Shown in pieces: positions 18,787 through 27,432 of a stretch of DNA of 64,000 bases. The notes beneath the pieces are model-generated. The model searched no databases, had not been told where the DNA came from, and worked only from the letters and a program-made list of their open reading frames with translations. Numbering within the stretch: the first letter of the stretch is position 1; every line of letters starts with the position of its first letter. The translations under genes and the position numbers were made by a program. This DNA is from a virus: IMG/VR virus record IMGVR_UViG_3300027733_000030, positions 132,541 to 196,540 of that record. The stretch is one strand, 5' to 3'.

Positions 18787-19185
18787 ATGCGTTTCATAGT
18801 TGCTAAACTCGGCATTGTTTCCGAGAAAACTGGAAAGACTCAAGTTGTCTTTCTGCCCGAAAACCAAGATGCCCCTGTTTGGGTGTCTGCTTGGTTGGCT
18901 ACCTCGTTCGTTGAAGAGCAGGTTGTGCCCGGCGTCGAAATCCTCGCGGAATCGGCGTCGCTAACCAAGTTGGAAACGTCGTACGAAAAGGACGGCGTTG
19001 TTGTGGGGTTGAAGTCCCCTCGTCGTTCGGTCATCTTCGGTGGTACAGTTTCGGCTGTTGCCCCAGAAGGTAACCCGTTGCCCGAAGTCGTCTATGCTAA
19101 GTCTGAATCTACTTCGGCTTACGTTCAGGCGTTTCGTGCTAAGCAGGCAATGAAGTCTGCAGATTTGGGTACTGACTCGTTCTGA
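18787..19185 (+). CDS. Hypothetical protein (possible OB-fold-like beta protein)
   Basis: AAAGGAG RBS, 132 aa, beta-rich pattern. Confidence 0.65.
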   Translation: MRFIVAKLGIVSEKTGKTQVVFLPENQDAPVWVSAWLATSFVEEQVVPGVEILAESASLTKLETSYEKDGVVVGLKSPRRSVIFGGTVSAVAPEGNPLPEVVYAKSESTSAYVQAFRAKQAMKSADLGTDSF

Positions 19186-19470
19186 GTCTTGTGCCGTACT
19201 TTGTCCGTTTCGCGGGCTCACCTCAGAGTAATATCTGGGGTGGGCTCGCCTTATTTTTTAACGCCCTGTCTCAGGACCCCTCGCTTCGCTCGGGATCGCT
19301 GAGCCAGTGCGGGCTTCGCCAATATGGTGAAGTCATATCTTTTTTTAAAATAGAACCTAGATCCTAGGTATCTATTCTAAATTTTTAAAATAGAATAGTA
19401 GATTAATCTATTGTTCAAACAAAAAAGAAGGGGAGTAATCCCACCAACAAAAGCCCTAAGGAGGCACACA

Positions 19471-19797
19471 ATGCACACATTAGGAATCATCCTAATCGGA
19501 ATGGCCTTAGGTATAGCTATGCTGTATCTAACTAATTTCATTGTCAGTAAAGCAAATGCTCGTCTTAACTATGGACAGAAGGTCCGTTTTGAAAGCGAAG
19601 TCATTGGACATATTTCAGTTTGTCGTTATCACGGCGTCAAGAAGTATTTCTTCACAACAAAGAACTTTGGGCCATTAAACCCTACTTCTTTCTATGAACG
19701 TGAAGATGCAATCTCAGCATGTCGCAAAGCTCATCTTGATGAAATGCTCAAAGAACAAGCTGAACGTCCTAAGCAAACATCGTTTCCAAGAGCGTAA
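19471..19797 (+). CDS. Protein with N-terminal membrane anchor
   Basis: ATG at 19471 after AGGAGG. Confidence 0.65.
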   Translation: MHTLGIILIGMALGIAMLYLTNFIVSKANARLNYGQKVRFESEVIGHISVCRYHGVKKYFFTTKNFGPLNPTSFYEREDAISACRKAHLDEMLKEQAERPKQTSFPRA

Positions 19798-20027
19798 ATT
19801 CTTGGTTAGCCTTCTTGCGGGCTATTCCTCTCAGAAGGAATCAAGGGATTGGATCATATGATCCTCTCCCAGCAACCAATCTTCCCTCCCAGGTTGAGCG
19901 TCCTTGCCATATACCCCCCTTTCGTATGGTAAGGATGCTCCCTGAGGGAGTTTATAGATCTTTGGTAATAACTTTTTTTTAAAAAAATAGATCTCTTCTA
20001 AAAAGAAGGGTTAGTAAAAGGAGAAAA

Positions 20028-20210
20028 ATGAATAAAATTACACTAAAAGTAATGATGGCAGTATATGCCGGATCATTCCTTGCTGGATTCATCTACGCAT
20101 TCGGCACAGAAATGCAAAAACAAAAGATGGAAATCAAACATACTCCATCAATTGAATTCCAAAATCTAGTCAACCACTACAACAACAAACAGAAAGAGAA
20201 AGTGTCATGA
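20028..20210 (+). CDS. Small membrane protein
   Basis: AAAGGAG RBS; hydrophobic N-terminal half. Confidence 0.6.
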   Translation: MNKITLKVMMAVYAGSFLAGFIYAFGTEMQKQKMEIKHTPSIEFQNLVNHYNNKQKEKVS

Positions 20211-20410
20211 AAATCGTACAAACAGCCGGAAAACTCTTCGGCAAAACCGTAGCCGTCAGTAAGAATGCGCCTTCAAAGACTGTCAAAGTCAGCAAAGCTG
20301 CATCCTCAAAGACCAAGAAGGCTCTTGTAAATGCAAAAGATGACTTGGTCGCCGGCTTCAATCAAGGTGCACAACGGACTTCAGATTCTGACGTCATTGA
20401 CATCAAGTAA
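20207..20410 (+). CDS. Small basic protein
   Basis: ATGA overlap; Lys/Ser/Ala-rich. Confidence 0.6.
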   Translation: MKIVQTAGKLFGKTVAVSKNAPSKTVKVSKAASSKTKKALVNAKDDLVAGFNQGAQRTSDSDVIDIK

Positions 20411-20582
20411 TAAAACCTTTGTTGGGAGTATAGCAACATCGCTATGCTCTCAACAAAAAAATTTACAATAGTATTCTAAAACTATTGTGAACATAGAAAA
20501 AGAAGGGACTTGACAAATGTCATATCCCAAATAATCAAAAGTAATTACATCCCCATTAAACACCTAACAGAAAGATATACTT

Positions 20583-21614
20583 ATGAGTATCCTTAGTCAA
20601 TTCGGACTTAGTTCCGACGATTTCAGCATTGTTGCTGATAGTCCAGAGTTATTTGAGTCCAACGGCAAAACTACCAAGCTCATTGCGGGCAAAGAAGTTA
20701 GCTACAATGTCACTATTGCTGGAAAGAAAATTCCTGCATATGTCACACTTGAAAGCGCAAAGTTGACTCGTCTCTCGCTCCTTGAGCAACAGACTCGCAA
20801 CGGTCGTGCCTATTGGCTCGCTACTGGCATGTTCAAGCCTGTCAAACTCAACATCGATCTTTTGATTGATGGTTCGCGCATGAACATCGTTGATCTTCTT
20901 CACACCATTGTGAAAGAAGCATCTGGTAAGCAAGATCATTCTCGTGAGCAGTTTGTTCGTGACCTTCGTAACATGGGCATGAACTTCGCTGACGGAATGC
21001 CTTTGTTCTTCCAACAATTCGGTGCAAGCTTCGAAGCATTTGAATCTGCTGTTACAGCATTCAAGCAAGCAGGAGCAACTGATGACCTAGCACGTATGGT
21101 CGGCAAGGGTATCAACCCAGGTCGTATTCGTGCTGCTTACGCTCATGAACAAGGTGTTGAAGTCACCTCGTTCGAACTCGGTACAGTTGATCGTACCAAG
21201 TCTGTGCGTAATCAGGGCTTTATCGATCTCGGAGATGCTGTCTTTGAACAGTTCCTTCGCGTCGTCAAGTTCACCAAAGAAGCAAATGTTCTCAAGAATG
21301 AAATCGAAAAGAACATTTCTACTTGGTCACAGGCACAAATCAAGTCTGCTCAAGAGCAAATCAAGAAGTTTGAGGATATGGCTAAACAATATACCTCGAA
21401 CTGGGCAGGTGCGCAACAGCGTATCGTCCAACTGCCTAATGGCAAACTTGAGAACAAAGATCAGTTTGATCCAGTAAACGCCCCTTGTGGTCGTTTCACT
21501 ATGCTCGTCGACAACAATCCTGTTGAAGTCGATCTGTGGACTAACTCAGCTACTGCAAATACATCAACAGTTGGAACTGAAGTTTCAATTCTTGATGGCA
21601 AAACTGGGTTCTAA
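20583..21614 (+). CDS. Hypothetical protein with highly-expressed-type codon bias
   Basis: 343 aa; TTC/AAC/ATC preference. Confidence 0.8.
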   Translation: MSILSQFGLSSDDFSIVADSPELFESNGKTTKLIAGKEVSYNVTIAGKKIPAYVTLESAKLTRLSLLEQQTRNGRAYWLATGMFKPVKLNIDLLIDGSRMNIVDLLHTIVKEASGKQDHSREQFVRDLRNMGMNFADGMPLFFQQFGASFEAFESAVTAFKQAGATDDLARMVGKGINPGRIRAAYAHEQGVEVTSFELGTVDRTKSVRNQGFIDLGDAVFEQFLRVVKFTKEANVLKNEIEKNISTWSQAQIKSAQEQIKKFEDMAKQYTSNWAGAQQRIVQLPNGKLENKDQFDPVNAPCGRFTMLVDNNPVEVDLWTNSATANTSTVGTEVSILDGKTGF

Positions 21615-22320
21615 TAACTTAATGGTTTGTCCGTTCCATTCAAAAACGGACACCCCTAATTGTATAACGGATTTGCCCGAACATACAATATGGTTACAGG
21701 GATGACTGTAAGCCCTGGTAAAATGAACAGTTGGAGTTTGTCTATACTCTACAAAAAAGTAGACGTTTACCCTATCTAACTTGGAGAGAAGGTATCCCGA
21801 AAGGAGCAAGTTACGATACTCTAGTAAAGTCTGATTGAAAAAGTATCCGAGAAATGCTAGATCAGATAGGCTGCGCTTGTCTTTAGTGAAGCGTCAGGAT
21901 TGGTAGCGACCTGCTTACTATGTCTCGTCTGGTATATGCGAGCCACATGGCTACCAATATACCACCCCCTTGGGGCTAATGGTTACAAGTATCTGGTTTA
22001 AAGCATAATGCAATAACCTGTAATCTTTACAGGCTACATTGTATATTATGGACATCTTGTCTTCGTGCAAAGCCATTTCAGTGAGGTTCGATTCCTCAAA
22101 GCTCCACCGAGTACTGCAGGTAACACATAACTAGGGACACTAAAGTGGAACCGTGGATTGATGTTACACACTGTCATGTGTAATGTCTACTGTGACAGCA
22201 GTAGCCTGCGGGAAAGTCTTGTTTGCGGAAGCTGATCGGCAAATTTGTCAGCTGTATTCAACAATTTCGAGTTGAATGCGCATATCCACGTAAGACTCGT
22301 GGCGCAAACACCTTTCTAAT
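21615..22320 (+). ncRNA. Large structured non-coding region (candidate long ncRNA or ncRNA cluster)
   Basis: More than 12 nested helices, e.g. GTCCGTT/AACGGAC, ATTGGTAGC/GCTACCAAT, TGTTTGCG/CGCAAACA enclosing three hairpins; no credible ORF. Confidence 0.6.
21972..22108 (+). ncRNA. tRNA-like / tmRNA-TLD-like RNA with alanine acceptor stem
   Basis: GGGGCT.../AGCTCC-A-CC (G3.U70, A73); T-arm TGAGG-TTCGATT-CCTCA; no D-arm; long rod in place of the anticodon arm. Confidence 0.6.
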
Positions 22321-22360
22321 AAAAAAAATTTTAGTACAAACAAAACAGAAAAGGAGCAAT

Positions 22361-22522
22361 ATGTCAGATCAAGAAAGATATCCTTGCAGCCTATGCTGGC
22401 AAGAATCAGGTGGCAAACTAATTGTCCCAAACGTTCAAGGTTTTAACCTTGGTAGTGGTGGACATTGGTATGCCTGCGAAAAACACTTAAACAATCCAAT
22501 GTTTCAAAAAGAGGAGAAATAA
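22361..22522 (+). CDS. Small Cys protein
   Basis: ATG at 22361 after AAGGAG; CSLC...CEKH. Confidence 0.55.
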   Translation: MSDQERYPCSLCWQESGGKLIVPNVQGFNLGSGGHWYACEKHLNNPMFQKEEK

Positions 22523-22524
22523 AC

Positions 22525-22710
22525 ATGTCATTAGAAAATGATCCCGCCAACGGAATCTTCCGTCACAAATGTGTCGTAGATAGTTGTGACAATCACATCA
22601 TCTATGACGATGAACCCAGGTGCTACTCATGTAGCCCAGATGAAGGTTCGTCAGTACGTGGATACTCTGCTTATGCAGAATACTTGGCTTCATCACCATT
22701 ACATCGCTAA
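22525..22710 (+). CDS. Small Cys protein
   Basis: ATG at 22525 after GAGGAG; C-x4-C...CYSC. Confidence 0.55.
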   Translation: MSLENDPANGIFRHKCVVDSCDNHIIYDDEPRCYSCSPDEGSSVRGYSAYAEYLASSPLHR

Positions 22711-22719
22711 TAAAGATCG

Positions 22720-22773
22720 GTAACTCAGTAGGTATGACTCAACTCCATATCTACTGAGTTACTTTCTTTTTTT
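22720..22773 (+). terminator. Intrinsic terminator
   Basis: GTAACTCAGTAG/CTACTGAGTTAC followed by a T-tract. Confidence 0.75.
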
Positions 22774-23019
22774 ACAAATAGACCTCTATAAGGGGGGGGC
22801 CCGCGAAGCGGGGGGGTACCCTACAGGATATTATCAGAACATCATAACGTCAGTTATACTATTCTCTATATATAGGGAATAATATAACATAAAAAAAATT
22901 TAGTATAGATTTTTAGTCTTGATGTTTCGCCGGCCTGTCCACAGGCCAAATATCCTAGTCCAACTAGAAACTATTTTCCCCAAAAATATTTCCAAATCCC
23001 AGCATAACACAACTGCTTA

Positions 23020-23028
23020 TGCTATAAT
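23020..23028 (+). promoter_or_regulatory. Extended -10 promoter (TGnTATAAT)
   Basis: TGCTATAAT about 50 nt upstream of 23077. Confidence 0.55.
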
Positions 23029-23076
23029 ATACCTACGAAAGTAAGTACCCCTACATAAACAAGGAGTATAGACGAG

Positions 23077-23292
23077 ATGCCCAAACAGCATCAATCAAAA
23101 GCAATGAAGCAAGTCTTAAGAGAGATCGAAAGACTTGGATTCACTGTCAACCATAAGAAGTCCGGTTCGTATACCATCATCCCTCCCTCCGATGTAGACG
23201 GACCCATATACAATACTCATGGGACGGAATCCGCACTCCATCCAATGAGAAGAGACTTTAAACGTCTGTATGATATACAACTCCCTATATAG
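23077..23292 (+). CDS. Small protein resembling the HicA/dsRBD-like fold
   Basis: LREIERLGFTVNHKKSGSY pattern; AAGGAG RBS. Confidence 0.45.
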   Translation: MPKQHQSKAMKQVLREIERLGFTVNHKKSGSYTIIPPSDVDGPIYNTHGTESALHPMRRDFKRLYDIQLPI

Positions 23293-23674
23293 GGAATAAT
23301 ACTTTCAGCAGGGATAAGTGGTAGAACTAGGTGGTGGTTCTACCACTATCCTTGTACATATCCATCCTATCACAGGTTATAATAGTAGGATTTTTGTTGG
23401 ACAAACAGTGTTCAACGACCCCTTTCACGTGGGTACCCATACATTACATGACTATTAAGCATGTAAAACTATGTGGTATCCACTTTTTTTATACCTATAG
23501 TCCTCTATGGGTACATATAAAAGAAGGGTAACTACACTATCAAGGGGGGGCCCCACGCAGTGGGGGGTACTCCCTCTATATCTATCTCTATATTAATAAC
23601 TATATATCTATCAACAGAAAAATGTTTTGCGGGCGAATCCCACAAAACTCTAAACCAAAATAAAAGGAGAAACA

Positions 23675-24106
23675 ATGTTATCATTTATGATTATGTTAGC
23701 TATAGCTTCAACTGTAGTAGAACTATCTTTTGCTGCGAGGATTCCAGCATGGAGACGTATGGCTAAGAAGAATAAGGCTTTCAATATGACCATCTCTATT
23801 GGTGTGTCATTCTTGATCGGCATTATGTTTGGTGCGGGCGGGCTTATTGCCATGTCCGCAGCCATTATTTCTACCGTATTCTCCATTCCAGGCTATGCCT
23901 TTCTAGAATGGGCATACGATTCTCCTATGGCTACAGCCAAAGGAACAAATCTGATTAACTATTACATCCAGAGATGGAAGCAAGTTCTCGCTGACTTGAT
24001 GCAATTATTGTATAAAGTTCTGCGAGTTATCACATTCCCCATTTGGGGAACTCGTAATGCAATCATCAAATTTAATGCAATCAAATCCAAATACACAAAA
24101 GCCTAA
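23675..24106 (+). CDS. Multi-pass membrane protein
   Basis: AAAGGAG RBS; three hydrophobic segments. Confidence 0.7.
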   Translation: MLSFMIMLAIASTVVELSFAARIPAWRRMAKKNKAFNMTISIGVSFLIGIMFGAGGLIAMSAAIISTVFSIPGYAFLEWAYDSPMATAKGTNLINYYIQRWKQVLADLMQLLYKVLRVITFPIWGTRNAIIKFNAIKSKYTKA

Positions 24107-24121
24107 AGGAGGCCTAGTATC

Positions 24122-24445
24122 ATGAGTCAAAACAATATGGTTAACTTCATTACTCTGACCGACCCCGATGGGGACAAGGTCGAACTCAATCCTGCCTTCA
24201 TCACTATGATGAGAAGGGATACCTACGAACCTGAAGAAGGCGTTGAAATCCCCATGACAGCTATTTATACTTCTTGGGGCTACAAGATGTTTTCTATGGA
24301 AACTCCAGAAGAAGTTGTCAAACTTCAAATGGACGGTATCCAGAATATGATGAAGTCCGTTATGAATACAACTTACAACATGTTCGAAAGCATGGATTCA
24401 GGCTTAGACATCGCAAGTTTACTTGAAGGAGACGAAGACGAATGA
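24122..24445 (+). CDS. Hypothetical protein
   Basis: AAGGAGG RBS, 107 aa. Confidence 0.65.
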   Translation: MSQNNMVNFITLTDPDGDKVELNPAFITMMRRDTYEPEEGVEIPMTAIYTSWGYKMFSMETPEEVVKLQMDGIQNMMKSVMNTTYNMFESMDSGLDIASLLEGDEDE

Positions 24446-24663
24446 CTAAAACCAAACAACTATCACTTCATCAGAAAGCTTACTGGGAAGAAACCAAGAA
24501 TCGTGTCGATACTTGGGCTCGAACCAATGAGCCTGATGCATACAACTACAACTCCCGTGCTACCTACTGGGGCCTAGCCCTACATGCAGGAATCATTACC
24601 AAGGTAATGTATGACTTTGCTGGCGAGCAGTATGGCTCCCTATGGTGGTACGTAGGAGACTGA
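24442..24663 (+). CDS. Hypothetical protein
   Basis: ATGA overlap, 73 aa. Confidence 0.6.
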   Translation: MTKTKQLSLHQKAYWEETKNRVDTWARTNEPDAYNYNSRATYWGLALHAGIITKVMYDFAGEQYGSLWWYVGD

Positions 24664-24665
24664 TC

Positions 24666-25001
24666 ATGCCTAAATACGCTATGACACTTAATGAAAAAGT
24701 TCATCGTAATTATGCTATGTTTAACGACTATATTTCTGGGAGATCTATTATTAAGATTTCCCGGGAATATGGTCTAACATATGATCGTACTCGTACCATA
24801 CTTAAGGAGCACAATATGAGACAATACTTTGTCGTAGACTACGAAGATGACTTCGTCTTGTACGAAGGAACTCTAGAAAACTGCGAAGAAATTCTCCAGC
24901 AGAATTATGCTGGACTTATGCTTGTCGGATATCGAGATCTTACCTCAGGTATGATCGGATCCCTCAAGCAGCTGAGAAGTAAAAACAAAGAACAGATATG
25001 A
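24666..25001 (+). CDS. HTH-containing protein
   Basis: ATG at 24666; YISGRSIIKISREYGLTYDRTRTIL helix-turn-helix. Confidence 0.6.
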   Translation: MPKYAMTLNEKVHRNYAMFNDYISGRSIIKISREYGLTYDRTRTILKEHNMRQYFVVDYEDDFVLYEGTLENCEEILQQNYAGLMLVGYRDLTSGMIGSLKQLRSKNKEQI

Positions 25002-25148
25002 CACAAAATAACAATCATGTATGGGTCATTCTTAACGAGGATGATTATCGCTGTGTTAACTGCGATATCAGATACTCTCCCACCAGGGATAATCAAGAAT
25101 GCTCATACCAAAAAACTAGTCAACACTCTAACAATAAGGAGGCATACT

Positions 25149-25394
25149 ATGCCTAGTATCAATACAAGTTATCACTTGGATTCTCAAGAAATCCCACAAG
25201 TAAATGTCACTACACACTATGTTCTAGACAAAGATGGTATTGAGACTGAAAAGTTAAATTTTCATGTCTTTAGAATTCAGACAAATCAAGGTGAATCTAA
25301 CTACTTCATTCATACAGATGAGCAGCTTGGAGAATTCATTGCAAACTTGAAAAGTCTAACCAATCAATTCGACAGAATCTCGATGTATAACTAA
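25149..25394 (+). CDS. Hypothetical protein
   Basis: ATG at 25149 after AAGGAGG. Confidence 0.6.
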   Translation: MPSINTSYHLDSQEIPQVNVTTHYVLDKDGIETEKLNFHVFRIQTNQGESNYFIHTDEQLGEFIANLKSLTNQFDRISMYN

Positions 25395-25630
25395 TGAAGA
25401 AATATAACTTCTCATCTACTGATTCCATCGTTAAGCAGGTTATTCATAATAATATCTGCATACACTGTGGGGAAGACAATCAAATAATTTTAGATGCAGT
25501 CGCATTAGCCAATTGGCGTAACCGCGAACTCATTCAAAATGTATTCCCTAACTTAAATTATCAACAAAGAGAAATTATTCAAACTGGCATTCATCCTGAA
25601 TGCTGGGAGGAAATGTTTCCACTAAAATAA
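25394..25630 (+). CDS. Small Cys protein
   Basis: CIHC...HPECW; stop/start overlap. Confidence 0.6.
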   Translation: MKKYNFSSTDSIVKQVIHNNICIHCGEDNQIILDAVALANWRNRELIQNVFPNLNYQQREIIQTGIHPECWEEMFPLK

Positions 25631-25641
25631 GGAGGATAACA

Positions 25642-25929
25642 ATGAAACAAGCTCACTGCTTCATCTGCAGTAATCACCTCAGCCAGCAATGGCCTGAGGG
25701 TTTAAATACTGAGCCTTCATACGAACCCTGGGAAGATGTCAAAAACGGCATTAGCCTTAGGCTAAACGCTGGTTATGGCTCCGACCATGATGGCGACTAT
25801 GGTCGTATTCTTATTTGCGACACCTGTTATGGTGCCCGCAAAGAAAACGTAATAGACCTGAAAAACTGGATTGAAGATAGTATTAGAGATATGCATCCTG
25901 ATGACCTTGAGGTCATCGATCCTATCTGA
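25642..25929 (+). CDS. Small Cys protein
   Basis: ATG at 25642 after AAGGAGG; CFIC...CDTC. Confidence 0.6.
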   Translation: MKQAHCFICSNHLSQQWPEGLNTEPSYEPWEDVKNGISLRLNAGYGSDHDGDYGRILICDTCYGARKENVIDLKNWIEDSIRDMHPDDLEVIDPI

Positions 25930-25945
25930 TATACTCTAGTCCAAT

Positions 25946-26022
25946 GCTTCCGTAGCTCAGCAGGATAGAGCATCGGACTTCTAATCCGCAGGTCGTACGT
26001 TCGAATCGTACCGGGAGCGCCA
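25946..26022 (+). tRNA. tRNA-Arg(TCT)
   Basis: Full cloverleaf; loop CT-TCT-AA; GTTCGAAT T-loop; encoded CCA. Confidence 0.95.
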
Positions 26023-26306
26023 TGACACTTATACACTTAGACATAGCTATTGAAAATAGCACTGAAGTAAGACTAGGAGACATTCGTCAATGGATCAAAG
26101 AAGTGGACAAGTTTAACTTGCCCAATGACTATCCAGTATACGAATGTGCTTTAGCCCTAGTCATCGAAATACCAGAACATAACATCACTCCTATCGAGTG
26201 CATGGAATGTCCTCCACAACAACCTAATCATGATGTACTTATCGTAACTCATGACTGCATTAACCCGCCAAACAAGTTAGCCGAAGCTTACGATCAAGCT
26301 ATGTAA
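26022..26306 (+). CDS. Hypothetical protein; ATG shares its A with the tRNA CCA
   Basis: 94-aa ORF. Confidence 0.55.
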   Translation: MTLIHLDIAIENSTEVRLGDIRQWIKEVDKFNLPNDYPVYECALALVIEIPEHNITPIECMECPPQQPNHDVLIVTHDCINPPNKLAEAYDQAM

Positions 26307-26313
26307 GGATCTA

Positions 26314-26386
26314 TCCGAGATAGCTCAGTAGGCAGAGCAGCTGACTGTTAATCAGCGGGTCGCAGGTTCGAGCCCTGCTCTCGGAG
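26314..26386 (+). tRNA. tRNA-Asn(GTT)
   Basis: TCCGAGA/TCTCGGA acceptor; loop CT-GTT-AA; no encoded CCA. Confidence 0.95.
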
Positions 26387-26442
26387 CAAAGGTACATATA
26401 AAAAATTGAAGAGAAGAATCTATAAAGGATTCTTCTAACTTC

Positions 26443-26561
26443 GTTGGTTAACCTCTGTGAGCTGTAGCATACTGCCCCCCAGAAGCTCGCCGTGCTTCTA
26501 GTTTTAGCCTCCTTTTAACTAGCAACATTCAATATCTGCCATTGAGCAGAGGTTGATCAAC
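26443..26561 (+). ncRNA. Candidate small structured RNA
   Basis: 15-bp closing helix GTTGGTTAACCTCTG/CAGAGGTTGATCAAC; inner hairpins, one with CCTCCTT in its loop. Confidence 0.45.
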
Positions 26562-26730
26562 TACTCTAAAAATGTTATACCCCTGAATTTATATAACTTC
26601 AGGGTCAACTATACATAATATATATAATGTTTGTAATCATATAAACATATAAACTCATTAAATACCCTATAAATATTTTATTTTTACCATCGTTTTATAC
26701 ACCTTTATATACAAACGTGAGGATAAAATA

Positions 26731-26946
26731 ATGTCAAAACACACTAATATTTTAACATACATCAACACAATAGTAGGAGCTACAGTAACTACCAAAGCAC
26801 TCTGTGCTTCTTGTAATTGTACGCTACCTACTATCCTATCATACATAAAAAATAACGCCAACCGTTTTGAAAAAGTTGGTCGTGGCAAATACACTATCAA
26901 AGCAGAAACAAATAATCTTGGTACAATTACTCACCCACAAGGGTGA
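26731..26946 (+). CDS. Small putative winged-helix DNA-binding protein
   Basis: GAGG RBS; helix-turn-helix plus wing pattern (RFEKVGRGKYTI). Confidence 0.5.
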   Translation: MSKHTNILTYINTIVGATVTTKALCASCNCTLPTILSYIKNNANRFEKVGRGKYTIKAETNNLGTITHPQG

Positions 26947-27073
26947 TAATAAAGATTTTTTGGTACTATTATGCTACCTTAGTAATAAGGTTGCAGGAGT
27001 GGCTATGCGATAATATAAGCGTGCGGACGCCTTAGCAACACTCTGTTGTAATCGTCCCAGTAAAGGAGACTAT

Positions 27074-27259
27074 ATGAGCTATTTTGAATCTAACGGATTC
27101 CAAAAAGATTTTAACAATCTGTTAAAGTCAATCCTATTAGTTTCCAAGAAGATCGAAGAACTTACTATTGAAGTTCGTTCAATTCGAGAATCTATTACTG
27201 TGGACCCTAACAAGGAGAAGTCCACTGAATTTGTTACACTACCAAAAACTATGCTATAA
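27074..27259 (+). CDS. Small coiled-coil protein
   Basis: AAAGGAG RBS. Confidence 0.55.
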   Translation: MSYFESNGFQKDFNNLLKSILLVSKKIEELTIEVRSIRESITVDPNKEKSTEFVTLPKTML

Positions 27260-27432
27260 TAAGTACATGCCCCTAATGGGCACGGGATACTAATTCCCAC
27301 ATGTAACAAGGCAACTTGTGAAATGAGGAAAAACTTACCGCTGCCATCACTAGGCATGTAGTCCTTGTTTCGCAACCTGCGATATACACTACTTGGAAAT
27401 TCCAAGGAGTGCTTACCGAAAGGAGCGAACCA
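27252..27432 (+). promoter_or_regulatory. Extended -10 promoter followed by a structured ~170-nt leader of the transglycosylase genes
   Basis: TGCTATAAT at 27252-27260; TACATGCC/GGCATGTA closing helix with three inner hairpins. Confidence 0.45.

Noticed and set aside
21972-22108. Canonical full-length tmRNA (ssrA)
   Set aside because: Only ~137 nt, with no pseudoknots or convincing resume codon and tag ORF; kept as a TLD-like RNA instead
22223-22360. 99-aa ORF starting at 22223
   Set aside because: The upstream part overlaps the paired four-way junction and lacks an RBS; the start at 22361 has AAGGAG
27263-27432. c-di-AMP (ydaO) or c-di-GMP riboswitch
   Set aside because: The conserved sequence motifs of those families are not recognisable, although the context would fit
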